Positions 23,033 to 36,119 of a DNA stretch of 64,000 nt are shown piece by piece; position 1 is the first letter of the stretch, and each line of letters begins with the position of its first letter. The position numbers and the translations under genes are program-made. Under the pieces are notes generated by a model. That model ran no database searches. It worked only from the letters and a program-made list of their open reading frames with translations, and was not told where the DNA came from. The stretch comes from Dimargaris cristalligena (taxonomy: Eukaryota). The stretch lies in NCBI GenBank assembly GCA_003614675.1, contig ML002228.1:1-64000 (forward strand), written 5' to 3'.

Positions 23033-25316
23033 TGGGGGAAACGTGGAAAATGAAGGGAAGGGAGGGAGGGGATTGCAAAAAGGGGCGATAAAGTAAGTCG
23101 CAGGCACTGGACGCAGGACTAAGAAGCTAAAACCCTACCGGCGATAGGGCGGGACTAAGGTAAAAGAATAGGAGTCTAGGGTTGGGGGTTAAAACTCCGA
23201 CCGTGGGTTTAAGAACCATTATGCGGTACTGAACCCCCCTTATCTTTATGTGGGTATATATATATGTGGATATAGATAAATACCTACCGACGAGACGTAG
23301 GCCCGGGTAGCTGTTAGTAATACCTTCACCAGCGAGTGTCGTAATCCGGTCTTTTTCCGGCCTAGACCAGCGCTAATTTAGCCGAAAGAATACGGGGCTC
23401 CCATGTGGAAGAGAGTGGGCGCCTCCGTGGAAGTCCGCCGGGTTGATGCAGCCGGTTCTAGAAGGCGGTGGTGCCTCAGGGGATAGGAGGCTTAGGCCTG
23501 CGGGGAGTCTACATGGCCATCTCCCAAGTAATAAAACTAGCGGGACATTAACGAGCAAGGTTACTGGGGTGAAGAGCAGTGAAGTAAATTAGACCCCTGC
23601 CTTCAGGGGAGGAGGGCATTGGCTAAATACTGCTTGTCAATTGGTGTGGTGATTGATTTAGCTGATATTCGGAACAACGTGGGTGGTGGATGGATGGGTT
23701 CTTATATCACCCATTCATTAAGTTCATTGAGAGAGGAGTTAGAGGAAAACCGAAAGGATGTACTGGGTGGGGCCTTCCAAATAGAATCCTCGATTTTCCT
23801 GGTAACATTCCGCATTATTTTTATAAACCCGCCCTTTACCTGCGGGGATGACGGCTCAGGTAGATCTGTATGCCCAACAGAATTCAGCGGAGAAATAGGA
23901 TGGGCGAGTTCCTTCAAAGATGTCCCTCTTAGATCATATAGCCGGTTTTACCAGCCTTGAATAAAAGCGGGTTTGCGGGCTGAGCCGCTTTGACCGTCTG
24001 ATTTGTGGGCAACGGGGTTGCTGGGACAAATTAAAGGGACATGCAGCTGGGGTTTGTTATCTGAAATGCACAAACTGGGCCGATTGCCGAAACAATGCGC
24101 GGGATTTCCGAGTTTCGACAGTTGCCTGCGTATCGGATAGTCCGATGCCCAATGGGGAAAACTGGGGTATGCCGAATATTGGGTGTTTCTAGTGTCCTAA
24201 CTGCCAGAGTATATATAGTTTTACCGGTATGCTCCCTTCACCATCTACTAGAGAGCCTCAAGGGTCGTCGAAGGAGTTGAAATGCTAGAGACTCTTGGCT
24301 ACCAAGCTATATTCGCCATCTGCCAACCACCGCCGGGCAGGGAAGTAGTACTGCTATATCTATTCGGGACCTGCAACACTGGTCAGCAGAAGCCGTCGTT
24401 TTGGCGGTGGGACTCTCGGGACAACCCGTGCTAACCCCGTATCCAGGCCCGGGCGAAAGCGTAGGAGGTATTTTTCCCTTGCACCCAGTGATTGCAAGCG
24501 GCCATTGTTAACGCCCCCTGGGTGTGGGAAGGTAACGACGAGCCGTCATTGGTTTCTGGTGGCAGGGCGTCGGCTGACTAGTCTCCAGACCACTGGATTC
24601 CGCCGCCCCTAGAGGTGATGTACACCAGTCCCAGTAGTACTAGAAGCTAGATAGTTTCGTCTGAACTGACCATACATGGTTGGTGGTTAGTAAGCAGTAT
24701 AGCCTATATATTTATACACTGAAATCCGGGTTTTGCGGGAGAGACAGGGCAATTAAGTCACAATGACGATGAGTTTAGTTTGGCGGCGGGGAATGGAGTT
24801 TTGTGAGAGAACACCCCTCCATTTACACAGGGTATATATGTATTACTTTAGCTATTTTATTGATTTCAGGCCAGGAGGACAAGGAGGGCCTTTTCTAATT
24901 CCCATTTCAACGGATATAGTTTGATGCGCCCAGTGAAACGGGTGGAGCCGAGTGAATGTATAGTGTATTGTTTACAGCGTGAATATGATGGGTGGATATT
25001 GGTACCTTTTTTGGGCGTTGTGAAGGAAGAAGGAAGCCCCGTCAACACACTCCACCCGCCCCTGCTTTTTAACCCTATTTTCCCAAACGAACCACACACA
25101 TTGCCAGAAAACTTCAAGCTCTCTCACCCTCCCCCGGGACATTGCTCATCTCGACCCTTGCTTGGCTGCTCTCCTAATATATATATATATATATTTACGG
25201 TTAAAGAATTACCCCGGGCCAACTCCTTCATTTCCTATCCATTGGCACCTTCGTCCGCCTGGCCATCCGATCTCTCCCTCTCACCTTCTCTACCCACCCT
25301 CTCGAAACAAACTATC

Positions 25317-28255
25317 ATGTCCCGCTCGCCTCCGGCCAACGGTGACTCCGGCCTGGGGTTGGTCGATCGCCCCCCCGTGTCGTACCCTTCGCCGTCCCTT
25401 ACGAAAACCACTGAGGTTTACCCAGCGACCGGTTCGCTCAACTCTCCCCGTTTCCCACCCTCCCCCGTTGACTTAACCCTATCGTCGCCCCATAAAGCTC
25501 ACCCATCCCCATTGGCTCCGTCGTCGTCGTCGTCGTCCAGCTCTGAATCCCCGACCGGGGCTGCTCCCTTCCCTACACCCATTAGTACCCACATGGGCCC
25601 TAGCACATACACCCACAGCAACAGTAACGGTAACGGTATCCACCCAGGCCCAGCCGAGATCACCTCACCCATCTCGCCCTCCTCCCCGGACTCCAGCCAC
25701 TCGTCTCCCGTTCTGTACCAAACGCCCCACCCGCCCTTTTCCTCGGGCCCCGCGGAGGCAGTATCCGGCCCATCCTCTACCCACCCCCACCGACATAGCC
25801 ACGAGGGCAATGCTTCCGCGAACCCCTTTATCCATATCTCCGAGAGTGGTCAGCAATATATCACTACCGAGCGGGCCTGTCCCAAAGTGACGCCCCCGGC
25901 CGCCTATATCCCTACGGCTGACCAGTTCTTCGCCGATCCGGCCACCCGCACCCGCCCTAACACCGCTTTTTTGAAAGACCACTTTTTCCGCGAAGGTCGG
26001 CTGTCCGAAGCCCAGGCCCTGTGGATTATTCAGCGCGGTACCGAATTACTGGCCGCTGAACCCACTATGCTTGAGTTGGAGGCACCCATCACCGTTTGTG
26101 GAGACATCCACGGCCAGTACTACGATCTGATGAAACTATTCGAAGTGGGTGGCAGCCCCGAATCCACCCAGTACCTATTTCTCGGCGATTACGTGGACCG
26201 CGGCTACTTTTCGATTGAGGTTGGTTACCCGGATTTATTCCCTACCTATAGTATGTTATGCTCTTGTTTGGCCCGGACCATGTTTGTGGGGAAGGAGTAC
26301 TTTGGAATCTTTGTATTAATATATATATATATATATACAAATATTTTTAAAGCGCCATGTCTGCCACATTGGAAGTCCCTGGCCCCCGCCCCTCCTGTTG
26401 GTACTTTTCTGGGCACCACTGAACAACAAGGCGGGGTAGTGGTATATCCGGCCCCTGACATGGTCCCATCTGCAACACCCGATCCCCTGAGAACGGACTT
26501 ATTTGATTGTTGGCCGTTCTTTCCCCAATTGGAAGGCGGGGGTTTCCTTACTCACGTTCCCCTTTCGATCCCGAATTGATTTGATTTGGATATGACTAAC
26601 CTTGCCTGCAGCACCATGTCTACTATGGCCTCACCTTCCCTATTTAGTGCGTCCTGTACCTTTGGGCTGTCAAAATCTGCTACCCGCGCACCTTCCACCT
26701 GATGCGTGGTAACCACGAATGTCGCCACTTGACCGAGTACTTTACCTTTAAGGAAGAATGCAAGCACAAGTACTCCGAGGCCGTCTATGAGGCCTGCCTC
26801 CAATCTTTCTGCGCCCTTCCGCTGGCCTGTCTCATCAACAACCAGTACCTATGTATCCACGGTGGCCTTTCCCCCGAACTGCACACTCTGCAGGACCTCC
26901 GGACTCTGGATCGGTTCCGGGAACCCCCGACCCACGGCCTCATGTGTGACTTGCTATGGTCCGACCCCGTCGAGGATTTCGGTCGGGAGAAGAACCGCCA
27001 ATACTTTATTCACAACCATACGCGAGGCTGTTCCTATTTTTACAACTACGCGGCCACCTGTGCCTTTTTGGAACGCAACAATCTCCTGTCCATTATCCGG
27101 GCCCACGAGGCCCAGAACCAGGGGTTCCACATGTATCGCAAAAACAAGGCCACGGGGTTCCCGTCGGTCATTACCATTTTCTCGGCACCCAACTACCTCG
27201 ATGTCTACAACAATAAGGCCGCCATCCTCAAGTATGAAAATAACGTCATGAACATCCGGCAGTTCAATAGTTCCCCCCACCCCTATTGGCTGCCGAATTT
27301 CCTCGATGTGTTCACCTGGTCCCTCCCTTTCGTGGGCGAAAAAATATCCGAAATGCTCTTGGCCATTCTAAATATTTGCTCCGAGGCTGAGTTGGCCGAA
27401 GATGCTTCCTCGCACCCGCAGGACCTCCCAACCGGTGGTGCGGACGGCACCCAGTCCGCCCCACCGCCCGGTTCAGCACCAGCCTCCACCCGACAACTCA
27501 TCAATGCCCTCATCGCCGACCCGGCTGAAGTGGAATTGCGCCGCAAGGTCATTAAAAACAAAATCCGGGCCGTGGGTAAAATGGCACGGGTATTCTCCGT
27601 ACTCCGGGCGGAGTCCGAAAGTATCACCGAGCTCAAGGGCCTACTAGGGACCGAGCGTCTGCCGGTGGGCTCATTGGCCGCCGGGGCGGATGGTATTAAA
27701 CGGGCCATTACGACATTCGAACAGGCCCGGATGTCCGATTTACAGAACGAGCGGCTGCCGCCCCCCATGCTATTTGGAGTGGGGAATATACTGCCGGAGG
27801 GGGGTTTACCTGGTCAGGGAATGCGAGCACACGGCCGGCCCAATAGCATCGTGTTCGGCGAGGGGATAAGCAGCCGGGCTAGCGCGGTCGCCGGTGCTAA
27901 TGGGCTCCACCCATTGGTTCGGCCCCACAGTATGATGGCGGCCATACCGCCCTCCGCCGGACAGGGCGCAACGGACCCCGCCAATGACCAGGATTATTAT
28001 CAGTACACACCCGAACATCACCGGCACCCCCAACAGTATGACCATAACACCCACCCGGGGGATGAGAATGAGACCTACGGCGACTATCGGACCCCGCTAG
28101 TACCCATGACCGGGGTTAACCGGATGGATATATCCACGACTGCCGTTGAGCAGCACTATCCTACCTCTTCCTCACCAAACGACCCTCAGCAGCATCGGAC
28201 ACACTATTCTGATTCCCTTGGTGGGGAAATGCACCCAACCCCTTCCTACCAATAG
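25317..28255 (+). CDS. CNA1: Calcineurin catalytic subunit A (PP2B), exons 25317-26219 and 26648-28255 (~836 aa)
   Basis: PPP motifs GDIHGQ, GDYVDRG, RGNHE and SAPNYL. Also the CnB-binding [22 protein letters not shown], the CaM-binding [23 protein letters not shown] and the autoinhibitory [19 protein letters not shown]. Phase-0 intron 26220-26647 restores SIE-CVLYLW. Confidence 0.97.
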
Positions 28256-28863
28256 GCTTGGAACAATGGGGCTCTAATTGAGCTGGTATGGATGGTAATG
28301 GATACATTGTGCGCACCATCCCCCATCTCCCTCTTTTATCCACAGCCTGTTCCTCAATCCTACAATATAGCACCGTTGTCGCCTCTTCTATTCGTTTATT
28401 TATTTATCTCTGGGGATGGCGAATGGCTTAGCTGTTCTTTTAGCTTCATTTTATTTAGTTCATGATCAGTGTTCGTGGAAGGACTTGGAGAGCAGGGGTG
28501 TAAATTGGATATGCCCCTCTGTCTTTCTTAATGCTATTTTTCCGATCTCCTTAATATCTCCGGCGCTCGATGGGTAAAATCACCATCAGTTGTATTTACA
28601 TCTGCCTGTCGTTCAATCGACCTGTTCTCATTGATTCACGAAAGGGAGGGGCTTCATTTTTCAATGTATTAATACTCTATCATTTATATATATATATATA
28701 TATATTATTTTCCTCTCTGCTCTCTACATGCTTTTAAGTCCCAACGCTCATGTTTGATTTCTTTTTTCTTTTCATTTGAGACCCCTCTTTGCACTACTCA
28801 CTCATTTTTACACATTACTTATCTCATCGTCTCCCAATTTCCCCTTAATGGGACCTCGTATGT

Positions 28864-28915
28864 TTTTATAGGTGAAATTTGGCATAACTAAATAACGAAA
28901 AATCCGTCGGAATGG
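28864..28915. mobile_element. Partial, degenerate copy of the 146-bp MITE
   Basis: TATAGGTGAAATTTGGCATAACTAAATAACGAAAAATCCGTCGGAATG resembles the MITE terminus plus the internal ATAACGAAAAATCCGTTGAATG of the 32345 copy. Confidence 0.4.
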
Positions 28916-30646
28916 AACCTGTCAACTATTCCAGTATTGAATTGTAATATTTAAATGGGGAGTATTAAATAGGTAATCTGCTTTAAGCCAGTATAGGCAT
29001 GCCTTGTTAATAAAGACTGGTCTATTCACTTTTTGACACTGCCGGTAATTGCGGAACTGGGTTGGGCATGATTCCAATACAAGGAATTAATGCCTTACAC
29101 GTACTGATTTTTGGCATAGTGAAGTAGAAATGCTATTTAAGCTGCTTGGTGTAAATTGTTCGCGACGGCAGTATTTGCCCTGAATATTCAACTGAAATGA
29201 TCACCATGTAGGTATAACACGTAAATATCCGAGCTACAGTGGGATAATTTACTATTCCTGCATCGCCCGGCAACGGCAACAAAATGGTGATCCGGAAATA
29301 GGTCGCGTTTTTCTAGATTGATCCGGCTGCCTTTCCAACCTGTTGTTGGTATGTGTAGAACCACTTTCCAGAACACACGCATATAGACCGATGCAGGGCT
29401 ACGTATCACGGACTCGAAATAAAGTAAACCGCTTCTTCATGTTTTCCGCCGTCAACGTAAATCAAACGAAATCATTGTTCTTTCTAACAATTCCAAAACT
29501 AAATCAAATAGTGGGCAGTACCACCCTAGAATTATCGGTTATTATGGGACACTCGTAGGAATTACCTTCGCTGGCACTTTGCGACCCATAACATGGTAGG
29601 CTAATGAATAACAGTTGAGGACATTCCACCACAATAAGTTAGTCGCACAGCCAATCCGGTTCATTTCGTCGCAGTATACTCTTAAAAATAAATTGGTAAA
29701 TGGTGCCTCCAACACTTATTCGTATATGCTCCTTAAGGTCATCCACGTTTTTCGCAGTTCCCGATGGCTGGCCATTCTTCAGCAAAATGAATTGGAGTTA
29801 ATCTGCAAGAGCTGCCTATCCACAGGTAAACACATTTCTGGTACTTAGTTGATTGGCAATTATCCAAGTTGAAGCTCCGCTATCCCCCCACCAAAAAAAG
29901 GGGGTTCTATTTGGGTGTTCTGTAATCTCGGTATAAACGAACAACAAAGATCACAGTGGCCCAGCACATCGAACCCATCGAATAGACTCACCTATATAGG
30001 ATAATCTCCAAGTATATATATTGTAATATATTATACCAGGTCCATTTAACGAACACCGTTCTTTAAATACATAAAAAATAACTCAGGCGAAGCGGGTTCC
30101 CGTGATCAACAAAAAGTGCGCTCTTTTTTATTTCATAGGGCGGTTCTGCACGGGCCTAGTTAGAACGCTGTTCGCGCTACATATCTATACAATACTAAAA
30201 TGGGGTGCGGCTTTATATAGTAAGCGAACTGATGTTCGCATAGAATAATGAGGATGCAATGTTGATATGAATTACACTACCGATACGGGGCTCTCGCTCG
30301 AGTGGCTTTTTTTTCAAGCCGCCCTGAAATGAACACAGTATAAATAGCCCCCACCAAGTGCCTATTCCAGATAGCATCAGTTCTCCATCAATCACCAGCG
30401 TGTTTCAATCCTTCGGACCTTTTCCACACCTTCCTCTTCAGCCCTTTTCTACCGTACAATAAACCCACTCCAATACCACTTCATAACCACCACCAGCCCA
30501 ACAATACGGTAAAATCAGGATTGAAGAATTCCTTGGAATTAGCCCGAACTCTTTGCCTCGTCCACTCTCCCAATCGGCCATATCCATCCAGCAATCTATC
30601 CATCCGATCTTCATCGCTTTTTTTGTACCCGCTTAATCCTGCCAAC

Positions 30647-32023
30647 ATGAACCAATCCAAGTGCCGCGTTTCGCTTTTTGGCCTTGCCGCTGTGTTTCTG
30701 ACCTCGACCTGGCTGCCCAATGGCCCCGGCGTCGTTGTAGCCCACCCGGTCCCGTCTTTCCTTCGGGGGCGCCAGGCCACCCCTTCCCCAGCGACCCCCT
30801 GCTCAGCGGATAATCTCGTAGCCGCCTTCAAGGAAATGATCGGCCAGGGTACGCCCTACCAATTTAGCCTCAATGTCGGGGGGTCGTCTCAGGGCGCCAC
30901 CTGTACAGTGACGAGCAATGGTAGCGGGGCGAGTCAGCCCAAGACCGGTTCGGTTTCCAGCAATGATAACTCCGCAACATTGGGTTCGCCCGTAGAGGGT
31001 CCGGATGCATCCAGCGGAAGCTCTGAAGTTGGTAATAGTGCATCCAAAACCCCTAAAACAACGGGTAACGATACTTCAACGGGAAATACCGATATCAGCG
31101 ATGAAAAGGAGCCGTCGGCCCCGAGCTCAACCGCTAGCGAAACTACCCCCAAAGATGAATCGGAAACTAGCAGTAACGGGAAGACCTCAACCTCAGATTC
31201 GGCCAGTGATGAAAAAGTCGCAGCGGATAAACCTGTTACTAGTGATGGTGGAGACACCCCGAATTCGGACTCTGCCAGTGATAGTAGCACCCCCAAGGAT
31301 GACACAGGGGCCAACAGTAAGGGGAATCCCTCGACCTCGGATACTATTGGAGGTGCTGGTGGCTCTGCCAAGGATCAAACAGACAGTAGCGGTAACGGGA
31401 GCGGCTCTACTTCGGACTCGCCAAGTGGTGATGAGACCCTTAACGCTAAAGCAGAAACTGGCGGAGATGGGAAGGCTTCGATTTCAGATGCCTTCGTTGG
31501 AGATGCCGCCACAAAGGATGTAGCTGTTCCTAGCGACAACGGAAGCACCTCAACACCAAATCCCGCTACCGGTGATGGCACTACCAAGGATCAAACGGAC
31601 GCCAGTGGTAATGGCAATACTTCTACCGCGGACTTGACCAGTGGTGAAGGGACCCCTACAGCTAAATCAGGGACTAGCAGTGATGTAAACTCCTCAACAC
31701 AAAACCAGACGAGCGGCTCTGCCACTTCGAAAAGCAATTCGTCGACCGATGGTAACGAGCCCGAGTCCCAAAAAGTGACTGAAGAGAGTGGAAGTACACC
31801 TAAATCAGACACGCCTAGTGATTCCGAATCCCTGAGCAATAGTTCCACCACGGGCGCCAATACGCCTAGCCCTAATGAAACCGCCGAGAGTGGCGCCAAT
31901 ACTTCAGTGTCGGATACTCTTAAAGATTTGGCAGGCCAACTGAAGGCCATCAATATTAGCTTTAAGGAAGGTCTGCCCAATTCCGATTCCACTGATAACT
32001 CTGAAGATTCGGCCAAAGTATAG
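30647..32023 (+). CDS. Secreted Ser/Thr/Asp/Gly-rich mucin-like protein (~458 aa) with internal degenerate repeats
   Basis: ATG at 30647 followed by the signal-like RVSLFGLAAVFLTSTWL..VVVAHPVP and a short folded N-domain with two Cys. Repeats KDQTDSSGNG/KDQTDASGNG and TPKDESETSSNGKTSTSD/TPKDDTGANSKGNPSTSD. Confidence 0.85.
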   Translation: MNQSKCRVSLFGLAAVFLTSTWLPNGPGVVVAHPVPSFLRGRQATPSPATPCSADNLVAAFKEMIGQGTPYQFSLNVGGSSQGATCTVTSNGSGASQPKTGSVSSNDNSATLGSPVEGPDASSGSSEVGNSASKTPKTTGNDTSTGNTDISDEKEPSAPSSTASETTPKDESETSSNGKTSTSDSASDEKVAADKPVTSDGGDTPNSDSASDSSTPKDDTGANSKGNPSTSDTIGGAGGSAKDQTDSSGNGSGSTSDSPSGDETLNAKAETGGDGKASISDAFVGDAATKDVAVPSDNGSTSTPNPATGDGTTKDQTDASGNGNTSTADLTSGEGTPTAKSGTSSDVNSSTQNQTSGSATSKSNSSTDGNEPESQKVTEESGSTPKSDTPSDSESLSNSSTTGANTPSPNETAESGANTSVSDTLKDLAGQLKAINISFKEGLPNSDSTDNSEDSAKV

Positions 32024-32344
32024 TCGGAACTCTACGAGGCCCCTAGGTTACAACTTTAAACCAATAAAATTGTCTATGCAATTAATATTAACAGGTGAAT
32101 TGTAAAAAACTACAAGGCGCTATAGCCTAGCTCAGACCTGGCCCGGCCATAACCAATATAATCCAGTTGCCAAAATGTAATGATGGTTACTTAAAGACCC
32201 TATGGGGATTGTATATATAATAATAAAATCTTACACTATGAAAATCAACTGAGTGAAATCCCTAATGGCGAGGTGCAGACATTAAAGGGTCGAGTAAGAG
32301 GTTGGAACATACGGGACAGTAGCATTGGTGGACAGGAAAAATAA

Positions 32345-32490
32345 TATATGGGAGAGGTTCAGCCGAGCTGTATAACGAAAAATCCGTTGAATGAAGTAAA
32401 TATTACTGGTTAAAAATAAATCTCCCATATATTATCCCATACACTTATCATTTAAACCCCCACACAGCCGGGCCGAATTTCACCCATATA
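32345..32490 (-). mobile_element. 146-bp MITE, copy A
   Basis: ~30-bp imperfect terminal inverted repeats: TATATGGGAGAGGTTCAGCCGAGCTGTATA vs reverse complement of the other end TATATGGGTGAAATTCGGCCCGGCTGTGTG. Reverse complement closely matches 35974-36119. Confidence 0.85.
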
Positions 32491-33695
32491 CTAAGGCTTT
32501 GCATTGTCATACATCCATTCATTCCAACACAATTAACATACATACAAAGTAAGCGAACTCTCCACAAGCTACCAAACGACAGCCAGCCCCACGTACCACA
32601 TCAAATATGGACAATCATCAAGCTGTATTTGTGAATAAAAGGACCCAAAAGTAGCCGATATTGGCCATTTTATGAAGTCTCCATTTTAACGGATGATACT
32701 AGCAGTATGGTGAGGTTCGAAAGACTAACACTACTCAAAAAATTAACACCAAAGCACCATCCTTAGAGCCCTATTATTATTAGCCCCTATTTTCTTTTTA
32801 AAAATATCGGCCGAGTTCCATTAAATAGACTGAATAAGTTAATGATCAGTGTGTCGGCATTTGCGTAAGGTGTGGCAACCACTGTGGCAGCGGACAACGA
32901 GAAAGGTTTATGACAACGTAGATGTAGAGGTTGAAATGGTCTGCTGTTGGGGTGTTGGGCAAGGAAAAATATTCTCCCGTAGAGTTCACTGAATTCGCAT
33001 TGGCTTTAATTATGAATAGGGCGTGTAACTAGGATGTCGCCTGTTATAGGATGGAGATGATACGGATCCCGTTGGGGATATTGCTATGCTTTAGGGTTGT
33101 CTGAGAGCGGATAGATTTGGCCAATAAAAGGGGGACAGAGCCGTTGGTAGGACAGCCCAGTGGGTTTACATAGGGGGAGATGCAGTGCCGATTATGTGGC
33201 TATCAGACGAAGGGAATAGACCTTTTTCCTTGAAGCAGTGTACCACCAAGCTAACCACCCTATTCGGCTTGTAGGGGGTTTTGGAAATCTCACCAAATTA
33301 TTATAGGGTTGTAGTGTAACGGTACACTAACCATCCGTTTAGAATTCAATGTTGCGCCTGCTCCCAACTCTCCCTCTTTCTCCTTCCCACCGCTTATATT
33401 TTTTTCCTAGCGTCTAGGTCTCATTTCCATATTAAATAAGTACAGGGAAAATAATAAGTACGTTCTCCTATGATATTTTATGCCTACAGTTCACCAGACG
33501 AAACACCAATAGCCCTCCGCTACACATCCAGCTTTGATAAATAAGCCAACGTGACCTTCCCTTCTCTTCTCTCAATCGCGTTACCCCAATAGCCTCTCTG
33601 ATCACCCTTTGACCTCACTCCATACTTTTCTACACCCCCCCTCCTTCACTTTCCCAACCCTATTCCCCACCCTTACCGCCAACCCTTCACCTGCC

Positions 33696-35499
33696 ATGAA
33701 ATCCCAACGCGTCAGTCTTATCGGACTAGTTGTCCTTGGTCTCGCTGCCCAATTAGTTATTTCTGCCCCCAGCCTGTATTCGGACGCTACCAATAGTGGT
33801 AACTCCAGTAGCACTCACGATACCACCAACAACCGCTCCAAATTCGTGAAAGAGTCTGTGGAAGGACAACAAGACCGGCTTAGCACCTTACCTCCGGAAA
33901 TTCTTAAACAAATAGTCGGACCGTTGGTGACTGACGAGTCTATCTTTGAGCTGATGGAAGTATCGAAATTTTTACGCAGCTTCATCTTTAACCATTTCGA
34001 AAAGGAATATATACTGGTAAGTCTAGAGCCCGTTATTATGAATTATATGTGAATCGCGTATTAATAACCACGTACTAAATATGCACAGACGGTGCATTTC
34101 TTAAAACCCGTTCTTAATATATTGATGCCAGTTTATAATGGTCTTGAGTAGACACACGACCTGGGTCTTATTTGTTATCTAACATTTTGATTTACACTGA
34201 CTTGATATACCTATATATATATATCTTTGGTGCCTATAGAGGTTGTATGCTACCATTTCTAGCTTCTCCCGATGTAAATTCATATATCACTGGGCCCAGG
34301 GAGACCGTGAAATGTTCTCATCGGCTTGGTTGCGAGTATTGCGTCAGCATTATTATGGTGAGTTATTTTTTACAGCCGAATCCTATAAACTGAGTCCAAT
34401 CAACCGTATTGGGAATCCTGCCTCATCGGACACGAGGCATACAATCCCGATTTCCAAGAACCATCGAAATTATCTGGAACACAACCAGGATGATCCTATA
34501 TTACAACCAAATGCTTGGTGGTATGTGAATCCCAAGAAGTTACAAATGCGTCCCTTGGCTTACCAATTTCCTCTATTAGCCCTTGTGGACAATCTCGGTG
34601 ATGGCCAAAAGGTTGCCGAAGCCATCAAACTTTTTACGAATCAAGAGGCCATTTTTGGTTTAAATAGTGGCTTGAAAGGTCCAGAGAAGACTCGTATTTT
34701 TAACCTGGCCGGTATCTATGCATTCAAGCAAGGGTTTCCCCGCACCAAAGCATTACACTGGGATCTGCGTCGATCACTTGCGGTTATTGCAATGGCTCGA
34801 CTCGCTGTTACCGGGCGCTTCACCGACTTGGCAGATTTTATGAAAGAAATGGCCATCGTATACAATAATGGTACGGGAAATATAGATAATAAGTGTTTCT
34901 ATTATTATCTAAACCGGATGGCCATTGTCCTGGCCTCCATGTTCCAGTTGGAGTCTGATCTTGATAATTATTTGAATGTGTACGATGAGGAGCTTCAGTG
35001 GATGGATAACAGCTACGCTGATGAATTTGAAATCATGCCGCTGGCTAATCCAATCATTTTCCGAGATTTTGCCCGATGTCATCTGGTTAGCAACATCCGC
35101 AAGTCGGGTCTACTTAACGCTGCAGAGTTTCTAGCGTCAAAATGGAATTGCAAGGTGGCGCCCGAAGTGTCTCCAGTGGAATTGGACGCTCAGCCGGAAC
35201 GGGGGAATATTAGGGAATGGATGGATCCAGACCTCATCAAAACGTATTATAGAATACTCCGGGGCATCGAATTACATTTACCGAACCTGCTGAAGCTCAC
35301 CAACGACAATCAAATGGGTGTTATGGCTTTAGTTTCGGAATTTGAACCGAGCGAAAAAGCCAGAGTGTCAGATCTGGGCCCTTGGTCCACTAACAAAGAG
35401 AAAATACGTCGGGTATATTCGGCGATGGACCCTGCCATCTATAATGAACTGACTGGCCCGGAGGCACGAGAGTCGAAATATTTTTTAGGCGAGTATTAA
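33696..35499 (+). CDS. Secreted F-box-like protein, family member 2 (exons 33696-34016, 34240-35499; ~526 aa)
   Basis: Signal peptide MKSQRVSLIGLVVLGLAAQLVISA-P and clear F-box-like LSTLPPEILKQIVGPLVTDESIFELMEVSKFLRSFI. GTAAGT donor at 34017 and TAG acceptor at 34239 (phase 0) join to the 418-aa ORF. Confidence 0.85.
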
Positions 35500-35528
35500 T
35501 TTCCGGATTGGATTAGTGGTTAACCGCA

Positions 35529-35738
35529 TTAATACCTGTTGAAAAACATATTCTGATGGATATATTAATACCACATATTTACTTTTAAATTGCATTAGGT
35601 TTTTTGTTACACTATGTCCTTTCATATTAACCACTTAAAATGCCTCCCCCCCTATCGACTATACTATTCAATAAAGCTAACCACCTAGAGGCACTTACCG
35701 TCCTCTAGCCGTTTTCTTCCCTTTGACCCAGTTTTATT
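35529..35738 (-). repeat. Dispersed repeat family B, copy 3 (retains CpGs)
   Basis: Aligns by eye in reverse complement to 235-391 and 759-956. Starts ~30 bp after the stop codon of F-box gene 2. Confidence 0.65.
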
Positions 35739-35973
35739 GATACAACTGTAGTATTTTCAGCGCACGCCGCCCTCCCTCATCACCGTATTTTCAATACACA
35801 TACGTGTAATCATATTACCTTGTCATTTATATACACCCCTGCTTGTGCATATTACCCCCGAATAACCTCAGAATACTCTAACTAGGACCTAACATTACAT
35901 CATCATAGATACATCCATCCGGCCACTGTTGGCCCTGTCACACTGACAGCTGTTTATGAGATTTGGTAGCTTT

Positions 35974-36119
35974 TATATGGGTGAAATGCGGCCCAGCTGT
36001 ATAAGGTTTTAAATGATACGTATATGGGATAATATATGGGAGATTTATTTTCAACCAGTAATATTCACTTCAATCAACGGATTGTTCGTTATACAGCCTG
36101 GCTGAACCTCTCTCATATA
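35974..36119 (+). mobile_element. 146-bp MITE, copy B
   Basis: Ends TATATGGGTGAAATGCGGCCCAGCTGTATAA ... TTATACAGCCTGGCTGAACCTCTCTCATATA. Same length as copies A and C. Confidence 0.85.

Noticed and set aside
24921..25316. 5-prime extension of the calcineurin ORF from a TTG start
   Set aside because: Runs through a (TA)n tract and a pyrimidine-rich leader; ATG 25317 is the more plausible start.
30934..32016. Several minus-strand and alternative-frame ORFs of 60-172 aa
   Set aside because: Shadows of the low-complexity mucin-like CDS.
34089..34151. Possible micro-exon within the intron of F-box gene 2 (CAG acceptor at 34088)
   Set aside because: Hits TAG at 34149 with no good phase-0 donor; the single intron 34017-34239 keeps the frame and matches the paralogs.
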